Shown here: positions 46,505-56,264 of the stretch, one piece after another | How the letters are laid out: each line of letters begins with the position of its first letter | How positions within the stretch are numbered: position 1 is the stretch's first letter | Origin: a virus | Lineage: Duplodnaviria > Caudoviricetes | Strand: one strand, 5' to 3' | Virus record (IMG/VR): IMGVR_UViG_3300012979_000034 | Location: 18,405 to 82,404 of that record | DNA length: 64,000 nt | The notes under the pieces: generated by a model | Told to the model about the DNA's origin: nothing | The model's database searches: none | What the model saw: the letters and a program-made list of their open reading frames with translations, nothing else | Made by a program: the position numbers and the translations under genes

Positions 46505-47443
46505 TTACCATTGCCTAAATGTTACTGTACTACCCTTTTCTCCTTTAGGACCTTGGATGCCTTGTTCTCCTTGTGGACCCTGAATACCTTGGATTCCTTG
46601 AGATCCAGTGTCTCCTTTAGGTCCTTGAGGTCCGGTGTCTCCGGTATCTCCCTTCGGTCCTTGAGATCCCGTGTCTCCCTTGTCTCCCTTGTCTCCTTTG
46701 GAGCCCTTAGTTCCATTCTTCACCTGGAATGTAGACTGCGTTCCATTAGTCAGGGTCACAGTGACGATATTGTTGCCTCCGTCGGCAGTAGAGGTTGTCG
46801 TCTGCTCTACGGATGTTATGCCAGTACCATCATCTCCTGGGTCTCCCTTCGAACCTTGCAAACCAGTTTCTCCTTGAGGTCCTACTGGTCCTTGTTCTCC
46901 TTGTGGACCGGTATCACCCTTGTCACCTTTTTCTCCAGTTTCACCCTTTTCACCACGCAGCACTGGTGATGTATAAGTAGTACCATCAGTCAAGGTGATG
47001 GTCATGGTATAATCCGGATTGTAGACTATATTCTCAATACCTACACCATCCTCACCACGAACTCCAGTAGAAAGGTTTATTGTAATATCGTTAACCTCAG
47101 TATCAAGACCCTCAGGATCCTGACCACCCTCCATAGAAGTATCTGGAACTAAACGAAAGGCATCTTTTACATCTACTACAGTCTGACCATGCTTACCAAA
47201 ATTTTCCCAAACAGTTATCTTATATATACCAAGTACCTTTTGATCTATTCCCCAAAACATGAACTCAAGGGTATTTACATCGGTAACTGTAAAAGGCATG
47301 TCTATAGCATGACACCTATTATCAATAAGATGCACCCTTAGATCACGCCCTGCTAATGGCCTGGGCTCTTTATTAGTAAGTACATGAAGCCTGTTAGTTA
47401 TATCCTTACCTTTTCTATATCTCTTAATATCAATAATATCCAT
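46505..47443 (-). CDS. Collagen-like fibre protein with BppU-like N-terminal domain
   Basis: Two Gly-X-Y runs after a beta-rich N-terminal domain. Confidence 0.75.
   Translation of the reverse strand: MDIIDIKRYRKGKDITNRLHVLTNKEPRPLAGRDLRVHLIDNRCHAIDMPFTVTDVNTLEFMFWGIDQKVLGIYKITVWENFGKHGQTVVDVKDAFRLVPDTSMEGGQDPEGLDTEVNDITINLSTGVRGEDGVGIENIVYNPDYTMTITLTDGTTYTSPVLRGEKGETGEKGDKGDTGPQGEQGPVGPQGETGLQGSKGDPGDDGTGITSVEQTTTSTADGGNNIVTVTLTNGTQSTFQVKNGTKGSKGDKGDKGDTGSQGPKGDTGDTGPQGPKGDTGSQGIQGIQGPQGEQGIQGPKGEKGSTVTFRQW
46526..46954 (-). repeat. Collagen Gly-X-Y repeats, two blocks (about 15 and 21 triplets)
   Basis: GEKGETGEKGDK... and GTKGSKGDKGDK... read directly. Confidence 0.95.
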
Positions 47444-47445
47444 AA

Positions 47446-48558
47446 TTATGCACTTTCATTAAGTGGAACTCCTATTGTATTATATTTAATCTTCGCCTTG
47501 AGTATCCTTGAAACACCTCCAGCAGTATCATGCTGAGTATCACGAGCCATATAGAAGATGTACTGGTCATTGCCTATCTGTACTATACCTCTTGGTGAAA
47601 CATAGAAAGTCTGGTAGCTTGATGATATTATCTTAGATGTATTTATAGATACCTGAGTAACTGAGTTGTTATCAATAATATAACACCTCAAATCTTGAGC
47701 ATCAGCATCAGCATCATAGTGCGTAGGAAAGAGTATATCCCTATGATTATCTAGTGGCATAGCTGCAGCATTGTATAGAGACTCTGCGTCAAAAGCAATA
47801 GTTGGAGGTGCAATAAGATTACCATCATAGTCCATGTAGAAGTAACCTATCTGCCTGTTTCCTGTCTGAGAACTTTGTGTTGCTGTCCTCAATCTTAGAT
47901 ATACCTTGATCATACCACCTTTATCTATTGCAGACAACTGAGAGTCATAGTTACCCATCAGTACATCTCGCACTAAGGTAAAATTGACAGCATCATCAGA
48001 TTTGTATAGCCTTATTCGGTCTCTAGTGCCTACTCCGTAATTGCATATCAACCTGTATGGGTATCTGTAATCCTGCACCTTGAATACGTGATGCTCAAAT
48101 ACGCTATTCTCGAAGATGATGCCATTATTGTTTGGTGCATCGTAATTTGCAGGGAATCCTCGTACCCATGTAGTCCCGTCCGTAGAGTATGCGAACATGA
48201 GATGCTTGTAAGACGAACTAGATGTATTGTCGCCCTGCCCAAAGCTGGTATAATACAGATGGTACATGGAATCGGATATCTTCAGAACATTAAAGAAAGA
48301 GAACTGATAGTTGTCATACTGAGTAGCAGAAGAATCTGAAGTGGCAATGCAGGTTGTAGGATTATAATCAAATGTAATTTGAGTTATCTTGTTTGCTGCA
48401 ATACCGATAGTACCCATATTCTCTATGGCAGCCTCCATATCTTCTAGCTTATTATCAAGAGTCTTTCCATTATCATCTATGACTGCAGATGTTTTAGTAT
48501 GAGGGAAGAACTTATCATTCTTCTCTGGATCTATATATAAGGTACCTGTATATTCCAT
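47446..48558 (-). CDS. Fibre-attached beta-propeller, glycoside-hydrolase-like (GH32/43/130 clan or sialidase-like)
   Basis: Fibre adaptor FFPHTKTSAVIDDNG, Asp-box-like AYSTDGTTW and YKSDDAVNF, NYDSQ and YNAAA motifs. Confidence 0.6.
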   Translation of the reverse strand: MEYTGTLYIDPEKNDKFFPHTKTSAVIDDNGKTLDNKLEDMEAAIENMGTIGIAANKITQITFDYNPTTCIATSDSSATQYDNYQFSFFNVLKISDSMYHLYYTSFGQGDNTSSSSYKHLMFAYSTDGTTWVRGFPANYDAPNNNGIIFENSVFEHHVFKVQDYRYPYRLICNYGVGTRDRIRLYKSDDAVNFTLVRDVLMGNYDSQLSAIDKGGMIKVYLRLRTATQSSQTGNRQIGYFYMDYDGNLIAPPTIAFDAESLYNAAAMPLDNHRDILFPTHYDADADAQDLRCYIIDNNSVTQVSINTSKIISSSYQTFYVSPRGIVQIGNDQYIFYMARDTQHDTAGGVSRILKAKIKYNTIGVPLNESA

Positions 48559-48559
48559 A

Positions 48560-49417
48560 TTAATTTCTTGTTACGGTTATAAGATCGTTAAATGTCTTAT
48601 TGCTCAAATCTAGATTCCCACTGCCAGATGATGACTTGGCCCACATTGAGATGGCAAAATATTGAGCAGAGGGATCTATAGACTTAATAGTGTCAGTGTT
48701 CACTGATTCGGCTACTGCACCCGATATTTTCCCGTATGCAGAACTCTTTGATACATTGCTTGCAGTTGTCCCATTTACTGAACGGCACAAGTAGAAACGG
48801 AAGCCAACAAGGTATCCGGATATGCTCTTCGCTGCTATAGTGAAATTGGCTGAAGGCACGCCGAAGAAATAAGTTCCAAGATAGTTTGTGCTTGTGGTTG
48901 GTGTAGCTGTATTGTCTGATGTGTTGATGCTCCAGAATCCGTTGAACCAACTAGCATTGTCAAATAGACCGGCTTGGGCATCAGCAGTAGCAGTAGCTGT
49001 AATAATAACATCACCTGTAACATTTTGAATAGTTATTATTCCATTAGAATAAACTGAGGATGTAATATCAGTACCATCCATAGTTACTGTTACTAAACCA
49101 AGTGTATAACCTGCTTTAGCTGTTATAGTAGTAGTATATGGAGTATTAAGACTTACTGATGTAGTGTTAGAACTAGAATTACAATTGGTTAACCTACGTG
49201 TTATAGTAAAAGTTACCTCCCCCCCATCTATAGAATAATAAAGAGCCATACCAATACCCTCACTAGGTGTATGTTCATTCAAAGTATATACTAATGATTC
49301 TAAAAATTCTTTTTTAGTTCCAGTATAACCAGCAGTTACAGCATCATCATAGTAATTTTGTAACAATCGTTGGTCTATCTGTTCATTAGTAAAGTATTTA
49401 CTGTTATAGATTGACAT
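48560..49417 (-). CDS. Virion fibre/whisker protein with bacterial Ig-like repeat
   Basis: PYTTTITAKAGYTL..VTVTMDGTDIT....NG.ITIQNVTGDVIITATA repeat-domain pattern. Confidence 0.55.
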   Translation of the reverse strand: MSIYNSKYFTNEQIDQRLLQNYYDDAVTAGYTGTKKEFLESLVYTLNEHTPSEGIGMALYYSIDGGEVTFTITRRLTNCNSSSNTTSVSLNTPYTTTITAKAGYTLGLVTVTMDGTDITSSVYSNGIITIQNVTGDVIITATATADAQAGLFDNASWFNGFWSINTSDNTATPTTSTNYLGTYFFGVPSANFTIAAKSISGYLVGFRFYLCRSVNGTTASNVSKSSAYGKISGAVAESVNTDTIKSIDPSAQYFAISMWAKSSSGSGNLDLSNKTFNDLITVTRN

Positions 49418-49424
49418 ATGATTA

Positions 49425-49778
49425 TTATTGTTTATCGTTTATACTACTTTGTACAGGTGAAGATGGTACTGGTAGTCTATTGTTACATTCGTTAAAAGGT
49501 CTATAACAACCCCAAGTTACTAAAGACTTTTGAAGGTGATCTATCTTATCCTCCAAAGGTTTAACAGCTTGCTTAGTCTTTAACTCAACAATAGTATCTA
49601 TCTCTTTATAAAGATCTACTACTTTAGTACCATTACCAATAACATCAGATTTAACTTCTACCTTTTGTCTCTTAGATAATATAAACTTATCTACAAATAG
49701 GTATACAATTCCACCATTCATTACGAGTTGTGGCAGGCCACCTATAGCCTCATTAAAGTTATCTAATAAAGGAATCAC
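49425..49778 (-). CDS. Holin-like membrane protein (putative)
   Basis: N-terminal hydrophobic segment, coiled coil, C-terminal C-x6-C. Confidence 0.4.
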   Translation of the reverse strand: MIPLLDNFNEAIGGLPQLVMNGGIVYLFVDKFILSKRQKVEVKSDVIGNGTKVVDLYKEIDTIVELKTKQAVKPLEDKIDHLQKSLVTWGCYRPFNECNNRLPVPSSPVQSSINDKQ

Positions 49779-49812
49779 GGCTTATTTTTTTTAAAGTTCT
49801 TTGTAATCATAT

Positions 49813-50298
49813 TTATGTATTAGTTAATAAACCGTCAGGAATTGATAATCTGGCCTCCCTATCCCTTTTAAGAATGATTAGAAATACTAGGGCTTCATCC
49901 TTAGCTTGGGCTACCTGAGTATCACCTGATGCTCTATATATTTGACCATTAATCTGAAAACGATCTTCTGACCAATTGAAATCCATATAACCATCTTCAG
50001 TTAAATACCCCAATTTTTCAATTTGATTCTTGGAAATAAGTATAGAGAGGTTTTCTTCATCCAGTTCACCAGAAGTGGTAGACTGATTGATAGGCCAGTT
50101 ACGAAAAGCATTATAGTAACAGAGAGCCTCAATAACCAGGTAAGTAAATTGTGGGGCAACATCTTCTCCGTAACTTAATATCTGATCTATATGCTTAGCC
50201 CATACAATCTTTTGTCTACCAGCATCTACATCCAGGAAATCAGTAATTATTTTCTTATACCTAGCCCAAGCTTTATCGGAAATAAACTTTGAGCTCAT
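49813..50298 (-). CDS. Head closure/stopper protein (putative)
   Basis: Position after the adaptor; beta-rich. Confidence 0.45.
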   Translation of the reverse strand: MSSKFISDKAWARYKKIITDFLDVDAGRQKIVWAKHIDQILSYGEDVAPQFTYLVIEALCYYNAFRNWPINQSTTSGELDEENLSILISKNQIEKLGYLTEDGYMDFNWSEDRFQINGQIYRASGDTQVAQAKDEALVFLIILKRDREARLSIPDGLLTNT

Positions 50299-50314
50299 AT
50301 TTAATTAATTTAAA

Positions 50315-51190
50315 TTATATTATAGATGGTTTAGGCTTGTTTACCAAAGATCCAGGATTAGGTCCACTTATATGTCCAGGCAACCTTCTTAAATCCATTT
50401 GTGGTACATAAGGGTTTTTAACCTGGTCACATATTGGTAACCAAATATCTAATCTTTGGGCAAGCATACATAGGTTAGCTTTAATCCTATCTATAAGACC
50501 ACCATCACTTAAAGCCTGTGATAAAGCTTTGTATAGTGAACTTACACTATCAGTTAAAGTATCATAATACTGTACCTCAGTAGGACCAGTAGTAATTTGT
50601 TTCAAATGTCCAACTACACCTTCACCTTCACCGGATGAAGAGCTAGAAGAGCTTTCACTAGTAATTTTAGATAAAGCTGCCGAAGTAGAAGTTAACATTT
50701 GTGACAGTTCTATATGTAGATAATCCCACACTGCCAATTCCATTACCAGCTGGTTTTCTAGTGCTTCATAATATAACTCATTAGAATATTCTTCTAGAGG
50801 TACTTCATGATTTACTAGAGGTTGGATATATAACTGCCATTTATTAATATAAACCTTCTTATCGGAATACTTCATAGTAGTATTTAATTCTGAAGGTATA
50901 TAATAATCTATAAGGTTATATATACTGTCTGGTAATGAGGTAGAAACGTGATCAGATACCAATAAAGTATGTACAATATTTACTACATCCTCATCTTTAG
51001 AGGCTTTTAGGGTAACCGTATATATACCAGAAGTTTCATATACATGTTTTGGATTAGTCTTATCATTATCAGAAACTGTATCTGTATAATCACCAAAGTC
51101 CCAGACAAGTGTGGTACCTGCTGGGACTTTGTTTACTATCCTAAATGAAACCTCTAGGCCTTGTACGGTATAGACAAAGTCCAGATCCAT
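50315..51190 (-). CDS. PKD-domain head-tail adaptor
   Basis: LVWDFGD...NPKHVYETSGIYTVTL PKD signature followed by a helical adaptor-like domain. Confidence 0.7.
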   Translation of the reverse strand: MDLDFVYTVQGLEVSFRIVNKVPAGTTLVWDFGDYTDTVSDNDKTNPKHVYETSGIYTVTLKASKDEDVVNIVHTLLVSDHVSTSLPDSIYNLIDYYIPSELNTTMKYSDKKVYINKWQLYIQPLVNHEVPLEEYSNELYYEALENQLVMELAVWDYLHIELSQMLTSTSAALSKITSESSSSSSSGEGEGVVGHLKQITTGPTEVQYYDTLTDSVSSLYKALSQALSDGGLIDRIKANLCMLAQRLDIWLPICDQVKNPYVPQMDLRRLPGHISGPNPGSLVNKPKPSII

Positions 51191-51208
51191 AGTTATGTTA
51201 TGAAAAGA

Positions 51209-51586
51209 TTAGTCTTCCAAAATTGCTTTTAGTATATCCTCTATAGTATCGGTTTCCTCAATATCTACATTATTAAGTTCAGCTACCTTCTTAGCAGCTT
51301 CTAGACTCAGTGATGAAGCTATCTTTGAGATCTCGGTTCCCTTCTTCTTATACTGATTTTTAATACGTTTATCCAATTTAGCAACTTCTTCATCGGAGAT
51401 AACACCTACTGGAGCAGCTTCTTGTATTAAACGTAGGTGACCAGAAGCTAAAGCCTGTTGGATACGTCTAGAACGAAATTGTACTTCCCTGATATTAACT
51501 TTTTCACCTTTTATAACAGTAATACCAGTAGCTTGATCATGGAATACCTGAGCATTTGTACCAACTGTGATTGTATAATTTGCCAT
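51209..51586 (-). CDS. Hypothetical head-associated protein
   Basis: 125-aa ORF immediately after the capsid terminator. Confidence 0.5.
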   Translation of the reverse strand: MANYTITVGTNAQVFHDQATGITVIKGEKVNIREVQFRSRRIQQALASGHLRLIQEAAPVGVISDEEVAKLDKRIKNQYKKKGTEISKIASSLSLEAAKKVAELNNVDIEETDTIEDILKAILED

Positions 51587-51630
51587 AATTATTTTGAATA
51601 ATAGAATTGAAGTATAGGTTATATCTTGGG

Positions 51631-51660
51631 AAAAACCCCAGGAGGTAAGAACCCCCTGGG
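51631..51660 (-). terminator. Terminator after the major capsid gene
   Basis: CCCAGGGGGT-TCTT-ACCTCCTGGG then GTTTTT. Confidence 0.75.
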
Positions 51661-51696
51661 AAAAACTACCAAGAAAAAGTTTTGAGGTGCAGGTTA

Positions 51697-52821
51697 TTAC
51701 TCTAAGTTAACTGATAGATAAGAGTCGATTGACATGTAAGATGGGAATCCATAAGTAGCAAATGCCTTATCAGAAGCCAATAAGATAGCAGCATCCTGAT
51801 ACATCTTACTAAATCCTGTAGTTAAGCTAGCATAAGTAGCCTCGGTCTGGTTGGATACGATTCTCTCAGACTCAAGTTTCAACTGCTGAGCAGTAAGTTT
51901 AATAAGAGCAGCTGACTTATCTACCAACAACAGCTGATTTGCAGGAGTACCCGGGTGAATATAGAAGTCTGCAGAATTTGGAACTGGAGACTTGATATTC
52001 AGAGTAGCCATTGTTGTACCCTGTGAACGATTCTTAAATTCAGGCAAATCAAGCATAGTAATAGCCTGATCTTCACCACCAATCATAGACTGGAAGTTAC
52101 GACCCAAACGAGCTGCACGTACCCAAATATGGAGCAGGTCTTTATAGGTAATACCATTAGTAGTGCTATATACACCAATAACTGGAGAAGATTCAGAACC
52201 ATCTGCCTTGTTACCATTAATGAGTACATCCATTGCTAGAGTGTCCATAGCATAACCAAGCTGTACACCGAAGTCACGAAGGTAAATACCAAGAACATCC
52301 AAAGAAACATAGTTTCTAACCTCATCTGTAATTTTGAAACCCTTTCCGATTTTGAACAAACTTACAGACTTCTGGCCAAAGCTAATATCTCCCAATGGGA
52401 TAGTCTCAGCCTCATTTACCTTAGCTGGAGCAGCATCTGACATATTGATGCTTGGCATGATTGCTGACAAACCATTGATAGGCTGATCTGATGCAATGAT
52501 ATTTGGGTAGAAAGGAGCCTCACGGATACCCAATGTAATAGCCTCACGGATAATCTCTGGAACAATCCAACGGATAGATTGGTCAGGCATAGAGAATACA
52601 TTCTGCATGGTATCCATCTTTGGGTTGATACCCAGCTTATCATAGAAAGCTTCCTTAGATACACCATACTTACCTGTAACCAACTCTTCTAGAGAGATGT
52701 CAGTAGGTTTATGATTATTATTTCCAGCACGGAAACCATCCAACTGCTGAACCATAGAAGGCAACTCTCTTACAAGATCCTGAGCCTTCAATTTTTGAAA
52801 TTCTGTATTAATATCTGCCAT
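51697..52821 (-). CDS. Major capsid protein (HK97 fold)
   Basis: IVPEIIRE, KIGKGFKITDE and LESERIV motifs; high-expression codon bias; canonical position. Confidence 0.85.
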   Translation of the reverse strand: MADINTEFQKLKAQDLVRELPSMVQQLDGFRAGNNNHKPTDISLEELVTGKYGVSKEAFYDKLGINPKMDTMQNVFSMPDQSIRWIVPEIIREAITLGIREAPFYPNIIASDQPINGLSAIMPSINMSDAAPAKVNEAETIPLGDISFGQKSVSLFKIGKGFKITDEVRNYVSLDVLGIYLRDFGVQLGYAMDTLAMDVLINGNKADGSESSPVIGVYSTTNGITYKDLLHIWVRAARLGRNFQSMIGGEDQAITMLDLPEFKNRSQGTTMATLNIKSPVPNSADFYIHPGTPANQLLLVDKSAALIKLTAQQLKLESERIVSNQTEATYASLTTGFSKMYQDAAILLASDKAFATYGFPSYMSIDSYLSVNLE

Positions 52822-52830
52822 AGCCTTTTA

Positions 52831-53283
52831 TTATTTTACGAGTACTTGAATAATATCGTTAGCCTCATCAGCAGCATTCAAAGCAATAAAGTTTGTTTCA
52901 CTCTGAGATGCAGCTGCTGAAACAAAACGATTATTTACTAGAGTTGATGAAGGGGCTACATAACCTGCAGATAAAGCTGCAGATGCACACCAATGAACGA
53001 TTGCAAAACCTTCCACCATAACTGTTACTTCAATAGGGAAGTTTCTCTGAGCAGCATAAGCTGGATAAACACTATCGGTTACAGCAATACCCAAGTACAA
53101 ACCTGAACCAGAATATGGAGAGATGGTACCATCGGTTTCCAAGGCTACTGGCTGACCCTTTACAATAGTTTCACCACTCTTTACTGAAAAAGCTTGGTGA
53201 AGTTTCTGTGATTCATGTTTATAAATCACGGCTCTAGGGGTAGCATTTCCCACAAGAGTAAGAGGAGTTTCTGTTAAAGCCAT
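52831..53283 (-). CDS. Capsid decoration/cement protein
   Basis: 150 aa, IVKGQPVAL...GIAV pattern, directly upstream of the MCP. Confidence 0.6.
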   Translation of the reverse strand: MALTETPLTLVGNATPRAVIYKHESQKLHQAFSVKSGETIVKGQPVALETDGTISPYSGSGLYLGIAVTDSVYPAYAAQRNFPIEVTVMVEGFAIVHWCASAALSAGYVAPSSTLVNNRFVSAAASQSETNFIALNAADEANDIIQVLVK

Positions 53284-53304
53284 AAATATTCAATAATTAT
53301 AAGA

Positions 53305-54792
53305 TTACTTCATTTTTTTACTATACAAGTCATTTAATACATCTAAGGTAGATGATTCTTGGTTCTTTTCTGTAGTAGTCTGACCTTCATGAGTTTTCAT
53401 AGATGAAGCTCTACTGATATCATGAGAACCACAATTAGAACAAGTCATAGGGAACTTCTCATTTAACTGATCGGTATACTCTTTGTTCAAAGAAATAAGA
53501 GTAGCTAAACCAGTTGTTTCTGAATTGAGCATAGTGATGATAGTCTCATCTACTGTGTCACCCTTTAACTTTTTGTAGTTAGTAACTGCAGATTCACGAA
53601 GAGAAGCAATGTGTGATTTACCAACGGTAGCCATCTCTTGTAAATTTGCAACCTGAGTCTCTAAGTTAGTGATCTTCTCCGTGAGAGAAGCCTTCTCTGT
53701 CTGAAGGTTGTTAACCTGATCTGCCAAAGAAACCTTATCACTAACCATAGCCTTTAAAGCAGCTATAGCATTTTCAGCATTCTGCTCCTGGCCCTCTGCC
53801 AAATTCAGGAGACCTTCTCCGAACAGGCTAGCAATAAATACTTGGAGTTCGTTCATTTTTATTTGATTAATATTATTATTTCCCGGATTGTTATTTAAAG
53901 GCTCCTGAGTATCGTTGTTTTCGATAATATCTTCATGAACCATTTTAAAATCATTAAAGTAGTATTGCTTACCAGTTACTTCTTCATATTCTGAAAATGA
54001 GTTCCAAGTTCTTTTTGCAAAACTAGGATTAACGATCTTACCATCCGAACCTATTTTCTGAGCAAAAGTATCAGCTCCATGAGATACAAGTGAGGTTTCT
54101 AGATAACGAACTACTTCTGTTACCATTCTACGTACCATATTTCCCTTAGAGTCATATGTACCAAGCTTTTCAAAAAATTCATTATCATCCATTTCAGGAT
54201 GTGACTTATCCCATTTAAACTGGACTGTTACTGAATTTGAATGTATAGAAGGTGGTTCCATAAGGATTCCTCTAGCAATACGTGGATTAGCTTTACCATC
54301 AATACGTAATACACCATTTATACCGGCTGGTATAATAAAACTACCGTCTTTATAAGCTTCCTGCCACATTACTTTACTTACAGCACCAATGGCATTACCT
54401 ATATTAGTCTCATGATCACAGTTAATAGTTTGACCTAATAACATAGACATAGAACTTCTCAGAATACCCGGTTGACTAAAATCTGTTGGGTTGTAGTTTT
54501 TTGAAACTATAGTAGCAGATAGTAGTCTAAAGATTGGCTCTATAAATTCTTCTTCTTTAGGTTGAAACTCTCCGGGATCTACATTAGGATAGTAAGTATT
54601 ATAATCGATATCACCACCAAATAAACCAAATTTACTTATAGTTTCTGGAGTAGGTTTAGTCCATTCATAATACTTTTCTGAAAATACTTCAGGTTTGACA
54701 ACCTTTGGTATAAACCCTGCCATAATAGTATGACCAGATCCTATGATCATAGAGGACAGGTGTTCTTTGTTTTTAAAATTTAATACTGGCAT
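53305..54792 (-). CDS. Prohead protease fused to scaffolding domain
   Basis: DHET...IG, SNSVTV and ETSLVSHGAD motifs (HK97-type protease); C-terminal coiled coil and CSNC. Confidence 0.7.
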   Translation of the reverse strand: MPVLNFKNKEHLSSMIIGSGHTIMAGFIPKVVKPEVFSEKYYEWTKPTPETISKFGLFGGDIDYNTYYPNVDPGEFQPKEEEFIEPIFRLLSATIVSKNYNPTDFSQPGILRSSMSMLLGQTINCDHETNIGNAIGAVSKVMWQEAYKDGSFIIPAGINGVLRIDGKANPRIARGILMEPPSIHSNSVTVQFKWDKSHPEMDDNEFFEKLGTYDSKGNMVRRMVTEVVRYLETSLVSHGADTFAQKIGSDGKIVNPSFAKRTWNSFSEYEEVTGKQYYFNDFKMVHEDIIENNDTQEPLNNNPGNNNINQIKMNELQVFIASLFGEGLLNLAEGQEQNAENAIAALKAMVSDKVSLADQVNNLQTEKASLTEKITNLETQVANLQEMATVGKSHIASLRESAVTNYKKLKGDTVDETIITMLNSETTGLATLISLNKEYTDQLNEKFPMTCSNCGSHDISRASSMKTHEGQTTTEKNQESSTLDVLNDLYSKKMK

Positions 54793-54794
54793 AC

Positions 54795-56264
54795 TTATCT
54801 TGGTTTTGAATTTTGATCTCCTCTTGACGGATTAGGATTCTGTTTATCCCTTGAACGTCTAGCAGATTGGTTTTTATCTTCTTGTCTCTGTTTCTTTTTA
54901 ACACCCTCCTGTGGGTCTGTATTAGTACCATATTGATCTTCTAATGATACTCTAGGTTCACTTTCAGCAGGAGAATCATAGCCCATTTCCCAAGCATATT
55001 GATCCTGAGAAATAATTCCAGCTTTATACAAAAGATCGCAGTTCTGGATTTTATACTGACGGGCTTGTTGAGTTTTAACATCATCAGAAACAGTAGTAGT
55101 TCCCCAAGTAATGGTTATACCCTTATTATCAAACCCAGCTAACCTTAATTCTAAAGAATAGATAAATTCTAATACATAGGATACTATCATCTGTAAGTTC
55201 TTCAACTGACTTATCATCTTTGACAAATAAACTCCAGTTGAAGCCTCGGTAGAACTAGATACCCCTATAAGCGATCCATTTATACCTAAACCATTAGCTA
55301 CTGACTGTTGGTTCATATCCCATGGTGTACTAAGATTACCCAATTCTTTAGTAGTTGAATTCAGAGTAAATTCGTGGTCATCCATATAACCAGTTACTAC
55401 CCCATCCTTCATACCTTCTATCATGTTAACCTTAAGTTTTCTAAGGGTAGAATCCAACCTCCTTTGATAAGCTGATACTGATTCATTGGCTTGTCTATCA
55501 GGTTTTGCCATTTTAGCTTCTAGAAAACCAACCATACCACAAACCTCCATTATGTGCTTAAAATTGATTCTCATATCTTGTTGAGACTTTAGAGAATCTA
55601 GGGCAGCCATAAATGGAGGTACTCCGTACGGTTCATCGGTATCATTATACATACCAGCATATACATATGTATCTGTATTCAGCTTTATGTAATTATCCTT
55701 TCTTATAAGCTGATTCCGGTTAATCTGATAAGGATGGTAGATACCATTGTTTTCTCTCAAAAACCTAATATCTTCTGGTTTAATAAACAATATAGTAGCT
55801 ACACCATCTAATTCATTATTTGGTACAGCTTCTACAGATATAGCACCACCGATTAACAGTTGAACTATCATCCTATTTACTAAACCATCCATACCAGCTG
55901 AATACATAGACCATCTTTTAGTAACCAGTGCCAGATGGTCCCTCATTTGAGAAGCTTCTTTATCAGTATTATTAGGGAAAGTAATATTATGGCCTGTATT
56001 GGTTAGCTTAAACATATCCTGTAAAGCTATACCCATATCAGGGTTTACTTTGTACAAATCCCTTATTAACTGGATTACTTCAACTCTGAAAGAAGGATTA
56101 ACTAAGTTGGTAACCCCTTTTAAAGTACTTAATATAGAAGGTGGACCATCTGGCACTGATACTCTACCAGGAGATATACCAGATATATTCCTATTGAACT
56201 CTTCCTTCTTTTTCTGAGGTGGTGATTGCTTACCTCTAAAAAGATACAAAAATGGATTTTTCAT
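54795..56264 (-). CDS. Portal protein
   Basis: Follows terL; EPYGVPPFMAAL motif; 489 aa. Confidence 0.8.
   Translation of the reverse strand: MKNPFLYLFRGKQSPPQKKKEEFNRNISGISPGRVSVPDGPPSILSTLKGVTNLVNPSFRVEVIQLIRDLYKVNPDMGIALQDMFKLTNTGHNITFPNNTDKEASQMRDHLALVTKRWSMYSAGMDGLVNRMIVQLLIGGAISVEAVPNNELDGVATILFIKPEDIRFLRENNGIYHPYQINRNQLIRKDNYIKLNTDTYVYAGMYNDTDEPYGVPPFMAALDSLKSQQDMRINFKHIMEVCGMVGFLEAKMAKPDRQANESVSAYQRRLDSTLRKLKVNMIEGMKDGVVTGYMDDHEFTLNSTTKELGNLSTPWDMNQQSVANGLGINGSLIGVSSSTEASTGVYLSKMISQLKNLQMIVSYVLEFIYSLELRLAGFDNKGITITWGTTTVSDDVKTQQARQYKIQNCDLLYKAGIISQDQYAWEMGYDSPAESEPRVSLEDQYGTNTDPQEGVKKKQRQEDKNQSARRSRDKQNPNPSRGDQNSKPR

Noticed and set aside
46502-46980. Several overlapping ORFs, including a 155-aa plus-strand one
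   Set aside because: By-products of collagen Gly-X-Y periodicity.
43693-49020. Many short alternative-frame and antisense ORFs
   Set aside because: Expected from the higher GC and fewer stops in the foreign fibre segments; no start context or motifs.
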